This document shows positions 32,069 through 45,273 of a stretch of DNA of 64,000 bases, one piece after another. The translations under genes were made by a program, and so were the position numbers. Within the stretch, counting starts at the first letter, position 1, and the number at the start of each line of letters is the position of its first letter. Origin of the DNA: Amphiscolops sp. MND2022 (Eukaryota); the NCBI GenBank assembly GCA_964187785.1, contig OZ076412.1, positions 46,004,001-46,068,000 on the forward strand. Reading direction: 5' to 3'. The notes under the pieces are model-generated. The model made no database searches. It was not told where the DNA came from and saw only the letters and a list, made by a program, of their open reading frames with translations.

Positions 32069-32205
32069 CCTTTGAATGGAGAAAGGTGAGAGCGGTCGCA
32101 ATATCCCTCGTCACCAGACTAGCTTCTCTCTCCGCAAATCTTCCGTGCATCGATATATGGTCCAGAAGAGGTCCGCCATTGATTTTCTCGAATATGAGAA
32201 AGAAA
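32069..32205 (-). CDS. MKNK: MNK-family kinase exon 4 (absent from the ORF track)
   Basis: Manual translation FFLIFEKINGGPLLDHISMHGRFAEREASLVTRDIATALTFLHSKG. Acceptor tttcag|T, donor G|gtatgt. Its 137 nt bridge phase 2 to phase 1 exactly. Confidence 0.92.
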
Positions 32206-33816
32206 CTGAAACATGGAAATCAACAAAGACTAATTTGATTAGATTTTTAAATTCTGTAAAACCAATCTTGGTTTCTTTTTTTTTCACATCCTAATTTGGA
32301 TCCCCAAGCAGTTTCGGTAATAACTTCAAGAAAAATGACCCGATCAACTTCGTATCTTCCGTATCATTGTAATGACTATTTCAGCGCATTACTCAAACAA
32401 GCTAAGACGTCATAAACATATTCACATTGCTTGATTGACAATCAGTGAACTCAAACTCTGCCTCGGTTTAACAACAAAGATAACTGTGAATCGTCAGATG
32501 ACATTAATACATGAAACATTGCAAGAGGAAATTTCCATTGTTGAATGATATTACGTAACTCTATTCAAGGTTAAAGTCTAGACTATATGGACTACTGATG
32601 CGCTCATATCGAAGTCGATCGCTCATATATTAACGGTAACAGTCTTAATTCTTCGGATGTCAAATGAAGTCCGCTTTACGGCTCACATGTATATGTGACG
32701 CTTTCAATCGGTATATATAGGTACTGTGCAAATTCATAAACATTGTTTCTCCTATTATAAGCAATGATCTTAACCTAGGACACCCACTCAACTTTTATAG
32801 TTCGCTCTAGTAATGAATACGGCGTTAAAGTCATTTCACGGCAAAAAGAGCGGCCTTGTGGAAGAAAGATGAGTCAACTATCAACAAGCCGGAAACGGTC
32901 CAGGCCGGAGCCCCGCTCAAAGTTCACAGAAACCAAGTTTTTTTTAAAGATGCAGAGACACTATTGTTAGAATTTTATCAAATTTACAGAGCCAGAAAAT
33001 ACCCGAAGAGACACCCATAAGACTCAAAAACCACTTTCTTCCCAACTGGAACCATAAAAAAACTGAACTTATCCAAAATTTAATTTTCTTAAGAAGTCTC
33101 GTAGTGAAAGGAGCTTTACGCTCACCAAATGCTTTTTTAGGCCGAGCACATTTATGAAAGTAAAGGGTACCCTTTGCCCAAATGAATATTTTTCGAAGTC
33201 GCACAGTTCTAAAATACAGTACATCATTTCGACAATTATTGAAGAAACTATTATCAGTTCCCCAGGACCAAAAAAAACGTCAAAAGTTCGGATATAGCTT
33301 AGTGGGACAAATGGGAGCGGAATTAGGAAAGAACGGAATACTCTCGAATTTCCGCTTCCTCCTTAGTAAAAACGCATTTTACTTCCTATATAACGTCAAA
33401 AAATCGGGTATAGCGTGGTGGGTCAAATGGCAGCTCTTTTTTAAGCACCAGGATATTAAATAACAAGCCGGAACGGCATAAGTTGGCGCCATACCTAAGG
33501 CTCAACAAGCCGGGAACGGCCGAAGTCGGCGCCATATCTAACGCTCAAAAATAGCAAAAGGACTTCAAAGTGTCAAGTATTCTCTTCTACAGTACCCGCA
33601 TTAGGAAAAAATTGAAAAAATCCGATTTGTTTCGAATTTTTTTGGTCTCCCGTATGTCGCATAGTGTTGAAAAATGTAAAAGGGGGTCTTTGGGAGTTTT
33701 TGAACATACATTCTTTTGCAACATAGAAAAAAAATGAAGGGGGACCCTTTGGAGACATTTAAAAAAATTGCGAAAAAAGGTCTCACCAAGCCGAAATTAC
33801 ATGCACAAAAAAATTG

Positions 33817-33897
33817 GTCAAGGGTGAGACTCGAACCCACGTCCTTCTGCTTGGCAGACTTCAACAACTATCCTAATTAACCTCTATGCTAAGTGGC
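33817..33897 (-). ncRNA. tRNA-derived segment inside a dispersed repeat
   Basis: A box TAGCATAGAGG and B box GGTTCGAGTC on the minus strand. A related T-arm fragment lies at ~4735-4765. Confidence 0.45.
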
Positions 33898-36533
33898 AGT
33901 AAAAGTTACAAGTGTGGCAGTTAGTGGACGCAGCTTATAAAGCTTATGAAATCTGTCACTTTGTTGGTCTTAAAAAAAGAAAAGTCACTGCTATAGTCTG
34001 CGTTTTCTACGAAAAGCGCCGACTAACAAGACGGGAACGTCTAAAGTCGGCGCTACATCTAAGGCTCAAAAAGCGCAAAACATTTTTTGGAAAAACTGAA
34101 ATTTTTGAAAATTTTCATTTTTTCGGAAAATGTCGCATAGTGCCGAAAAATGCAAAGGGGGCTTTGGGCTTTATTAAAATATATTCTGTTGTGGGGGACT
34201 CTTTTGAGACATTAAAAAATTTCGAAAAAGTCGCACAATGCCGAAAAAAAGTCGAAAGGGGGACCCTTTAGTCTCGTTTTTGTAGGTTACGTTAAAAAGT
34301 AAAAAATAAAAGGGGGACCCTTTTGCACTAATTTCCGCTCACCGGACAAGGCCTTAGTAGTTTTAGTAGCTTCTATTGTAAGAAAAATGGACCAATCAGA
34401 GTGAGATTGTAGTCTGACGAAAAAAAACTAGCCACTGTAATAGTCGGGCTCTTTTCACTAGAATAGCGCCGACTAACAAAACAAAACAAGCCGGGGACGA
34501 CCCAAGTCAAGGCCATATCTAAGGTTCCGGAAAAAGTTTACTGTCAATATGTACCAGCATCCTTAGATTTTGGGGGCAACTTAAAAATTCACAAAAAGGT
34601 GCCATTCCGATTAAATTTTGCAGTTTCTAACAGCTGTATTTTTAGTTGCTGAAATTGAAAACTTTTAAAACAATTTCGTGACAATTTTTCTGATATTTGC
34701 GACAGTTTTCAAGATATTTGGATTTGACTTTGACTATTTTAAGTAAAAAAAAGTTGCAACATTTTGGAACGTTGCTGTATTTACCGAGCAGATTTTTGAG
34801 TAACAGGTTATTTTTTCAAGACACCTACTGTTAACTAGAGCTTACGCAGAAATATCAATAACAAGCTTTAACATTTATCCAATATATAATTTGAGAGAGA
34901 AGAACAGTGTTTTAAAATGGTCAGCAATAAATCTACACCTTGTTCATTAAAAGTTTTGTTCAGTCGGTTTTTGTCGGTCGTGAGAACTCATTGAATTATT
35001 CTGAGGGCATTGATTTTCCAAAAATTTCTAAAAGACTGAAAGTGAGCAAAACTATTTTTCCTACGGCATTTTATCAGAAAAGCTCATCCTCATGGCAACG
35101 CCTATATGTACAAGCATGTACAAAATACATTTAAGAGCTCTGATTTTAATCAAAGAGTCACTTAAAGCGTACAATTATAATTATAATTATTTTAACCAAA
35201 TCCGGTTAAAGTGTAACATATCATGTGACGGTATTTTCGGCGTGTTGAGTTGAAGATACTGAAAGTTCGTTGTCTTTAACAATGGATGATTTTTTGGCCA
35301 GTATATGAGTGACTTGAAATTCAATAATACTTGTAGTAAAAACGAATCTTGCTTCAAGAGTTCTTTTTAAGATGTAAAACACTCGACACAGACAATCTCT
35401 ATAGAGGCTTTTTCGAACTTTGTAATTTTAGTAACTACTTACCTTTGGGTAAAACTGATGATTTTTTGGGAAGTTAATGATGTCGAATATATTCAGCTTT
35501 CACAAAAACTTCAATTAAAGGTAGTGACGATCATTTCTATGACAAAAATCCTGTCTTTCGCTAAAATGATACCGGAAAAATTGTTTACTGATTTAATCTA
35601 TTCTTTGATCAAGAAATCGTTCAATGTTGAGGTCTTTTTAACAAATTTAAAGTGACAAGAAGCAAGGCTGTGAAGGAACAATTCAAGTCTGAAAATTCAA
35701 AATCGTCACCATAAATAGCAAGTTTTGCATTGTTTAGGCTGCCTGTGACCTTTTGCTCCACTGTCATGAGATGTAAATAACCCATTTTGACCCACCAATT
35801 CAATGAAAAATCTCAAAAGTCATCACATTGCTGAAATCTCATTGCATCGCAGCGCTTGAAATATTTTTGGATAAGTAAACCAATACATTAAAATCAGGGC
35901 TTATGTAGAGACTCTCCATCAGTGTAGACTTGATGTAGGGAGTTGTTAGACTTGTAGGTAGGGACTTATGTAGAGTATACCATCAAAATAATTTGTATTT
36001 GTTTATATTGCCGAAATTATAGATTGTTAAATTGAATTATTCTTTAGTTTTATTTTAAACTAATTCATAATTATGACCATCACTGATTGAGGGCAATGAA
36101 AAACAAGCCGGGAACGTCAGCGCCCCGCTCCACCCAGAAGAACCAAAAACGCTTTTTGCCAGCCGAAAACTTTTAAGGGGCGTAGCTTTTGACCAAATTA
36201 TTTTTTTCCAAAAAAAAGTGCTATGCCGAAAAAAAACGTAGGCGTAGGTCTTTTCAGTCCACAATTATTGGAACGCTCATCAGTTCCACAGGACCAAAAA
36301 ATAACCAGAGATAGCCCTTGAGACTCGGAAAATGGTTCCCTTAAAGGAAAACCTCAAAAAAAACTCGAAGTAACTTTTATATAGCTCAATACGGAGGCTC
36401 GTTAGTTTTATGGGAAGGCTTTCCAAAAATTCAATTTAGATTCAAACAGCAACCCTATGCTGACTTTTTTGTGTTTATTTGCTCCACGTTTTTAGCAACA
36501 TCATATGTTGACGTGTTGAACAAGCAGACATAC

Positions 36534-36699
36534 CTGTGATCTTCCTCAATGAAATCCACAAGTTGCACGATGTTGGGGTGATCTTTGCACTGGTGTAGGA
36601 TTTCGATCTCGTTGAACAGTCTTGAGCGACTGTGGCCTTTCTTGTCTATGATCTTCACTGCAAACTCCTCTTCGTCTTCCTCCTCGCCTTCGCCACCAC
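36534..36699 (-). CDS. MKNK: MNK-family kinase exon 3 (VAIK-equivalent lysine, helix C)
   Basis: EFAVKIIDKKGHSRSRLFNEIEILHQCKDHPNIVQLVDFIEED. Acceptor cttcag|GT, donor AG|gtatgt. Confidence 0.93.
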
Positions 36700-37061
36700 C
36701 TGAAGAGTAGAACCGCGTTCAACTTGTTTGTTCCGCCGTTTCAGATCGAAGAAAACATTCGAAATTTTTGTCAAAGCATCATTGGTTTAAACTTTTGAAG
36801 CATCGGGACATCATTATAATTTCGTTCAAAATAATGTACTGATAGAACTATTCAAAAATAGCAGAACACAGTATGAAGACAGTGACATTAGAAACTGGAT
36901 AAATATTTCATTCATTCAAGTACATAATCACGAAAATTCAGCATTATCTGGTAATTCTGTAGAAGACACCTAAGAGCCAGTTTCTAAAAACTCCACTTAC
37001 AAAGTCTCAAAAAAGCTTCTGACAAAAAGGTCGCACATTTGCTGCTGCGAGCAGTACCTAC

Positions 37062-37298
37062 CAGTCACTTCAGCAGAGAGCAGCTTCGGGGGGCTCTTTC
37101 TTCTGTCTCGATCGCCGCCCTGGGTGCCACCTCCAGGACCCTCCTCAGTTGGGGAATCGAGGGTCCCGATCAGGGAACTGCTGAGAGATTTGTCCTTGTG
37201 TGACTTGGAGTCACTTCCAGCTTTCAAAGAACTACACGTGTACACACTTCCATAGGACCCACAACCAAGAAAGGGGTCTCCCGTATACTTGTAACTAT
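37062..37298 (-). CDS. MKNK: MNK-family kinase exon 2 (Gly-rich loop plus low-complexity insert)
   Basis: DSYKYTGDPFLGCGSYGSVYTC. Acceptor tttcag|AT, donor G|gtaggt. 237 nt, preserving phase 1. Confidence 0.85.
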
Positions 37299-37961
37299 CT
37301 GAAAACAACGGAAAAATCAGTGATTATGGCATTCTGTAACATCCTTGCGGAGAAACTATCTATATATTTACAGGATAAGATTTTACAGCATACCGGATAT
37401 TTCGGAGATTTTACAGCCGGAGCCGGATATTACTTCTTGAAACATACACAGTTTTTTGCAAATACTTTTTCCATGACCGGGAAAGATTTCTTCCGCAATA
37501 TTTTTGCAATTAGCCCAATTTGATAAAATTAGACCAGCTGATGAATACCGTAAATGTTGACCAATTAAATAAATGTTAACATTTCTGTTTTATGCAGTAT
37601 TATCCGCAACGCAGGTGTTGCTCATTACCAATGAAAATAATATTTAAGTTTGTCTTTGTGCGCCCTCGGGCAACAAATTAATTTAACTCAATTCAATTCA
37701 AAATTGATTTTTTTCTCAGATCAATGGAAGATCAGAACAACAGAAACGGGGCAATTAATCTGCTAATCATTCAACGACGCCGTTGATTAAACATTTTAAT
37801 TCATTGAAACTGAAAACATTTTTATCAACATTGTTAAGTTTGAAAAATCGGGTCACTTTTTCCTACCCGCATACAGGATATTTGATAATTTTCCGAATAC
37901 TAGATACCAGAATCCGATAGAACTCTAAATGTGAGTATACACAGTATGCGAGTGAACTCAC

Positions 37962-38187
37962 CAGAGAACCTAGGTTGAGACAAACTCTCAGAGAGTCGTT
38001 TGCGTCTGGACTTGCGCTTCTTGCTCCGGACCACTGGTGCATCCACGCTGTGGCTCAAACTGTGGATAGTGTCCTCGTCAAACTGGAATGTAGTGTCCAG
38101 ACCGTCACTCGCGTTGCCCCCTCCACTCCTGGGACTCTCCTCGTCCCCTCGCGATCGTGGGGTGAGCACGGTCTCCGAGTCCCCCAT
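37962..38187 (-). CDS. MKNK: MNK-family kinase exon 1 (polybasic eIF4G/importin-binding region)
   Basis: ATG 5 nt after a ttttag acceptor. Encodes KKRKSRRKR then RFS. Donor G|gtgagt. Joined CDS is 2055 nt (684 aa) with all phases consistent. Confidence 0.8.
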
Positions 38188-40076
38188 TAATGCTAAAACA
38201 CACGACACCATTGTTCACCTATGCCCACTTTTTGTAGCAGCTTGAGCCAAAATGTTTTGTTTTCAGTTTTTTTTCTAAAATTACATTCTGAAAAAAAAAC
38301 AAATGAGGTTTTACCATATTCGTCGCATTTCTGCTGTTAATAATACCTTGTTCTGAAAAACTTTAGTCTGCAAAAACATTTGAATCTTGAGGAAAAACAC
38401 ATAACGGCAAGGTTTAATGTTAACACTGTTTCAAACACATGATACAAACAAGACCAACCTTTTTTACACGACACCCCAAATAACGTCACCCTTTTCTTCT
38501 TTCGTGATTATCACAACAAACTGGAGGACAGCTCTTTCCAACTCCTTTTCAACTCTGATCTCGATCTTGATATTCCCTTTTTGTCTTGTTAATCTTCCCA
38601 GTGACACTCCTGCAGCTACTACCAATGCTTCTTCTACTGCCGCAACAGTTGCGGTGGCTGCAGTGGTGACTACAGCTTCTGCTATCTGAGAGTCCCGAGT
38701 TCAAGACTGGGGCGGGTCCCGATTCTGCTCTGGTTGGTGAGTGTTGTGTCGAGGGCCTCACGCAACTCGGATGGTAATGGAAGCAGAGTGGAGTGATGGT
38801 AAGTTTGTGATATGAGATGGTACCGAGGGCGATGCTGGTCGTGCTTGCAACGGTGATGGTGGTGGCGGCGGTGGAAGTTTGGAAGATATAGTCCTGTAGG
38901 TTTGCTTTCGCCAGGTTTACCACATTTTAAGGCGTGTTTGAGGAATGAAAAGGTTTGATGATGAAAACAAGGCAAAAAGCTGTGCTTGTCGTTACAACAG
39001 GTGCGGATGCTTCTTCTGATCGAAGCTGATGAGGTCGAGATAAGATTGATACTCGAATATTGCTGTACCCTGAAACATGAATAAGATCAAGCAATACGTT
39101 TCAACTCCAAAATAACCTCCTTACCCATTCGAAACAATTCCCATGAAAACTAACGCTAGTTTTACATGCTATTTCCAGTTCGACTAGGTCAAAAAATCAA
39201 GAAGAAAAAACACGAAGTATTGGATTTGAATTTTCCGTTGAATTCGGATCCGTTTTTATAAAATTACATTTCAAGTTCAATCAGGTAGAAATTTTTCACA
39301 TCTCTAAAAATTTGATTTCTTCAGGAAAAATACCTTCGTGATCGAAATCAACTGACAGTGATCATCCGATCTACAATTGGGGTCCTAATAACCCGTCCAC
39401 TAGGAAATTTAACCCCTAGTTAGCGACAGAAAACATGCATTTCCTGTATGTATACGCAAACAACACTGTAAAATAACGGGGATGCAACGTTGGCGGTCAG
39501 CGTAGACACGCAAGGAAGTAGTTTCATCACTAACTGAAGATCGGTTTCACCCACCGGAGGGGAGGGCGTGAAGGAAGGAAGGAGAACCGGGTGAAAGAAG
39601 AACCTGCATGGAAGAACATGAAATAATGGGATGGGCGAAATCTACCTGGTGGTGGTGCCGGTATTTCGGCGGTTGTGCTTGCTGGTCCGGGTGCTGGATG
39701 TGCCCGCACACAATCTAGGCTGCCCAGGCCACTCGCTCTCTTGGGAGGAGGCTTCGCTGCTACTGATTCTCACTCGCGACCTCACCAATTCGAACTCTAT
39801 TATGACCAGCTGAAACAACCAACACTCGCTTCATTCACCCAATGAACGGCGGCGATACCAAATAAATGAAATAAATGCAGCAGCAGCACAGATAAACGAG
39901 ATCATTTGTTTATTTGATCACGAAGATACTATATCGATCGGTTGCAACGCGAAATAATTATACCCGAAACGGACAGAAAAATAGGCTAATTCTGCAAATA
40001 TTCCCAGTTGTGTATGTGCGATTCAACTTCATTGATACACAAATTTAACGCAGCTTGGCCAGATAGTTGTAAGGTA

Positions 40077-40239
40077 CAGTAAACCCTCGATTATCCACCA
40101 ACTTTGGTCATCCGCCACAAATCTACCGGGACATTTTGCTATAACACCCGTTTCTAAGCTCCCTTGATCAACCGCCACTCTCACTTATCCGCCATAATTC
40201 TGGCTGGACCGATGGTGGCGGATAATCGAGGGTTTACTG
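40077..40239. mobile_element. Tc1/mariner-type MITE (163 bp)
   Basis: Perfect 20-bp TIR CAGTAAACCCTCGATTATCC / GGATAATCGAGGGTTTACTG with TA on both sides. Confidence 0.92.
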
Positions 40240-41919
40240 TACTCAACATTGGTGTAAGTTTCATTTCCTTAATTCTAAGCAGAATTTGACAATGTCTTCA
40301 ATCACTTAGGTTGACAACAAGTATTTCAAATTCCACACTTTTTAGTTCGATGTGATTTTCAAGTAAGGGTTCGGTTCTAACCTTGAATCGTAACTAATTA
40401 GTCTGCAAACTACCGCCCAAGTTTTCCTCCGTGGCACCCTTCCCTGATTTGTGTTGTAGTAGTAACAATTTGCTGAAACATACATCCATTGATGAGAGCA
40501 CTCTAGAACCGGCGGCGGCGAATCAATCGAAAGTTAGACCAATTATCCTGTAAGTGTTTGATCGCGAATTTCCAAAATATGCACAGCAAATATGTGGAAT
40601 AGTCGCACAAAAGGGTCACAGGAAGATCACACCCGAACAACTCAATGTCACGAGACTACGTTCCACTGCCGAAACAAACGACCCAAACTTTTCGGCTGCA
40701 ACTTCTGCAAGCTTTTCTTAAATGTTTGGCTCGCTCTATCGCTTTGTTTTATTTGCACTTCATGTCAAGAGAACATGATATCACGATACGTAAATATTAC
40801 CATTGAAATCAACATTTTATGTCCAGAAAAAACAGCATTCTTCAATCCGTATTATTGATGCCACCTCGACCTAATTTCAAGCAATGATCGACTAGACTAA
40901 CTCGAGTAACCAATTCACAGGGGATTCGACGAACTGGTTCTCCAACGGTACCATCTTGGATACAGAATCATGGATACTACTTCAAGAATATGGTCCTTCG
41001 GAATAGTTAGTCGACAGCGTTAGATTTGACGCAGCGCAATGGCACTGAAAATTATTTGCAGCGGAGTGGAATTGAGAACTTCTTTTGGCGCAATGGGGTT
41101 GGGAAAAAATTATTGCGACGCAATCAGGCTTGGACTCAAGGTGACGCATCTTTCTGACAAAGTCGGACTAGAATTAATTTCGGCGCAATGAGGCCACGAA
41201 CTGAAATTCGACGCAATCCAACGGAAGTTTTTGGCGCAATAATTTTTCCGGCGCAATTGGACTACGAACTCATTTCTGACCAAATGCGATTGAAAACATT
41301 TTTTTCGGGAATCGAATTAGAAACTGAATTCGGCGCAAAGAGACTGAATTTGTTTTCGGATTAATGAGGCCAAAAATGCATTACTGTCAAGGTGCCAAAA
41401 ATGCTTTGGACCATGTGTTCAATTTCCCCACCCCCCAGTTGCGAATTACCCCCCAAGACCTAACCAGAGAGCACATTTTGTTCGTGAATAAAAATATTTA
41501 CCTAATAAGTGAAAATTATATGAATTTCAATACTTAGAGGATTGTCTCTACAACTGTTTTAAGACTTCAGGCAAAAAAATTACCCTAATTTTTTGATATT
41601 ATTGTCCAAAATCAGAAATTCACGCTTGGAACAAGCTAAAATTGTATAAATTTGTCCCTATTTCAACCCAAATTTTCTCCATGATAAAATCAAATGAGCA
41701 ACTTTTAATTGACAGTGTAATGGATAAGAGTATGACGACATCAATTACTTTATTGGACCAAAAGTTCAACGCAAACCATGTCAACATAATGGTATTTGAA
41801 CCTTGCATCTTATTTCCCCCTGCGGCCAGCTTGGGGGGGGGGGACAGGGGGCTGAACACATGGTCCAATGCTTTTTCGGAATAATGAATCCAGAATGCAT
41901 ATATGGAGTAAGGCGAACA

Positions 41920-42147
41920 GAAATGCATTTTTTGAGTAATAGGACCAAAAATGCATTTTCGAATTACGGGACCAAAATGCATTTTTGGAGTAATGGCACC
42001 AAAAACTAATTTTTGGAGTAATGAAACCAAAACTAGTTTTTGGACTGATGAGACCAAAAAAACCTTCATTTTCAAAGTAATGGGGCTGAAAATGAATTTT
42101 CAGAGTAAAGACCCAAAAAATTGCATTTTTGGAGTAATGGGACAAAG
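41920..42147. repeat. Degenerate ~27-bp minisatellite
   Basis: Recurrent ttttggagtaatgggaccaaaaatgca-like units. Confidence 0.8.
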
Positions 42148-42642
42148 ATTTCAGCATAACTAACATTTCTGTTCTTTTGCCCTCAGTGGAAAAGTAATAA
42201 CGTGGGTGCGAGCCTGTGTTGGCGAGGTTTTTTACATAGATGTAAAGTAAGAAACAAAACTGCTGTAATCTTCAGTAATTCATTCACATTTTGTGTGCTA
42301 TCTTGAACTGTAATTTCAAATCGTATGATCTAACATGAAGTGAATAAAATTTGCAAGTCACTGCTGCATGAAACGAGTTGAAGAAAGCGATTAGCCGAAA
42401 GATACGAAAGGTCAACAGAAGAAATCGTCTTTCGTTTGCTAAAGTCGAAAGTAAAATTCGGCCAATTGAAACAACTGTTACGTAACAGATCGTGAAATTT
42501 CTAACAATCGACAAGCGACGGCATGTGACTAGAACAGATTTGATTGGTTGTTTAAGTAAAGTATAATTCCAGTAGACGGTCAAGTCACGACTACTACAGA
42601 GGCGATTGCTATTCTTTCTCATGCGTTCAATCCTAGGGGCGC

Positions 42643-42793
42643 GAATAACGTCTAAAGGAATAACGTCTAAAAGGTGTTCCGGGAATAACGTCTAAAGGAA
42701 TAACGTCTAAATTCAATGTATTAAGATTGGGAATGAGCATGACTGAGTTGAGCATGACTTGGCTTTAGACGTTATTCCTTAGACGTTATTCCT
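42643..42793. repeat. Foldback repeat of 15-bp GAATAACGTCTAAAG subunits
   Basis: Four direct copies on the left and two inverted copies on the right. Confidence 0.8.
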
Positions 42794-44740
42794 GCTCCCC
42801 GTTCAATCCCCGTATTCAGCTACAGTTAAAACATTTCTCCTGCATGAATTTTTCAATTCATTTTTTGAATAACCTACGGACGAATTGGAGGAACATCACT
42901 GAATGAAAGTAGCATTCAACGGGAAACAGACACAGGAAAACGAAGTTACGCTCAAAATTCCTACATGCAATTTTGTTGCGCTGGAGAAATTTTAAATCTT
43001 ACATGTTATCTCTTCCCATTGCCACATATTTCAAAGCCGGTCTTATAATTTGCTAACAATTAAAAGACCCATCATCTGACCATGTGTCTTATCCCCCCAG
43101 ATGCACCTTGTTTCTTATCCCCCAACATAAAAGCAACTTTTAAGCTTAAAAAACTTCTTGGGCGAATGCAAGAGATTGATATGGCTATAAATACAGGACT
43201 TAAAGAATTGTCTATAGTTGTTTCGACGCTTGAAGCAAAAAATATCCGGATTTTTCTTGATGTTTTTCTGACAAAAAAGCGAAAATTCACCATTGACACA
43301 AGCTAAAATTTTATAGGAAAGCCTCTATTATAACGCAAATTTATCAATTATTTAATTTGTCCAACATTTCAGCGCAAACGATGTCGACATAATGGTATTT
43401 GTACCCTGTAATTATAATTAACGCTAACAATTAAATTATAGTTAGTAAGACTCACTCAATGAATGGTTGGAAATAATTCCGGTATATGTATTCGGATTGG
43501 GTAAAGATTTAATACCAACGTATTTGTGATGATGATCCAAATGTTTAGAATCTTAATTTTTTAATCAAAATGTGTCTGTGAGAAGACTCTTCAAAATTTT
43601 TGAGCTTTTCCACCAAATAGCAAACATTCATTTCAAAATCGACGGGTGCATTTTAATCAAACGCAGTTTTTCTACTTCGGAGTTTTGAAAAAGAAAACCA
43701 ATAATTTGAAATAAACGAAAATTGAAATTATTTCATGTGAATTCACAATACTATGTCTTTATTTTCCAGCTACAAAATACTTGAACAAGTATTTGCTCAC
43801 CCTGGATTGAACTGGATTTTTTTTCAGAAATTTTAGAAAGTTGAAACGCTACATTTCTATGTTTAAGTTGAACATGCCGGAAACGGGCCAAGTCACAAAA
43901 GTGTACCAGGGTGTACTTATAGTACTGAAAACTAAAGCTTTACATTAGACGCAAATTATGTGAAATTTTGGGGAAAAATTGATAACGTTATACGAGAAAT
44001 GAATACGTTATATCCGAACTTTGAAAACGTTTTATCCGAATTTATGTACGTGTTTGATGTTATGCATGTTCGAAAGCGCCGAGAAATTTCTAGGTAAAAA
44101 GCTTCAAAGTGCCGAAAAAATCAAAATTAAAAACACCAAGGTAGCCAAAGGGGGGACCCTTGGTATGTTTGCGAGGTTCCAGAACGTTTTGTAGGTCCGT
44201 AGTTCACTTGTCTGCAAGTTGAAAAAAATGAACATATTTCAAAGAAATTTATAATATCTGTCACTTCGTCGGTCTTGAAAAAAGAAGTAAAGCTATACTA
44301 AAGTCTGCACTTTCTACGAAAGGGCTCACTAAAAAAGACTGTATGAATACTAAGAGGACAATTTTGAAGACAATCTTATTTTTCGAGGATAACATTGAAA
44401 TTCTAACGCTTTTTTTAAATAAACCAATTTTTGCTACCCAACAGATGAAATTGAGTCCGAGTTCGGAATAACAAATGGTTTTGAAAAAAAAATCCTGTTT
44501 AAAATGTTTCAAACATTAAAATTTTTTGCTTAACGTCTGGTTCGGAAATGTTGGAGTCCTGTACTCCGGGTCAAAAATCACGATAGTCGGAGTGTTTTCG
44601 TGTGGCTCGTTTGGTTCAGATCTGATGAGTCTTGGGGTGTCCCTTCGAAAGAAGCCACTTCGATTTCAGTGAGGTACCTTCTGTGCTCTATCTTTCTGGC
44701 GTGCTCAGTGTCTCTTGTTCTGGTGTCGTAACCTAGCTTG

Positions 44741-45273
44741 CTATTTTGAGAATTTACAGAACTCTCCCCTCCGAATCCATTTTAGGCAGTTTTTTGTTCT
44801 TTTCCGGGTAATTTCGGCTTCAGGATTCCTGTGTACGTCCACCTTTGTGGTAACTCTGTTATCTTGCATCCCTAGACAATTGTGAAGGGTCAGGAGAACT
44901 CTCTCAGGTATTGCAGAGTTTATAGCTTGTAGAATCTGGGAATCAAGGTCCATTTTGATTCCATCTAGTTTTTTTGACATCTGGCTAGCAATTTCAGAAT
45001 TCCTCAATCTAGATGTTTCTACGGTTTTCTCGCAGTTTTCCTTGCTATTTGTATTCAATAAAGACCTCAAATCCTCTCCAATAGGGATCACGTTACTGTG
45101 TAGCTCATCAGACCCTGAGTTCACTTCTATTTCCCTATAATCCTGATGATTCTGATATTCGTCCCTTATATTCGGACCTTACCCAGCATAGCATCCATGT
45201 TCTCTAAGTCGGACATTACGTCCGGCTGTCTAGAACGATTTTCCTCGGCTTTCTGCTTTCTAGTAGAAGGCAT
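44741..45273 (-). pseudogene. Degenerate ORF fragment, probably repeat-derived (MPSTRKQKA... start)
   Basis: ATG at 45273 with an early stop; a shifted frame continues as the 127-aa ORF with coiled-coil character. Origin not established. Confidence 0.3.

Noticed and set aside
38417-39813. ORFs upstream of the MKNK ATG exon
   Set aside because: Low-complexity, with no homology recognised. Splice-like signals (39069 acceptor; 39649-39810) suggest 5' UTR exons, but I cannot support a coding call.
41620-42166. Several 70-150-aa ORFs
   Set aside because: They are translations of the minisatellite.
44622-44650. Hammerhead-like CTGATGAG...CGAAA
   Set aside because: Stem II is poorly paired, and I could not form stems I/III with an NUH cleavage triplet in either topology.
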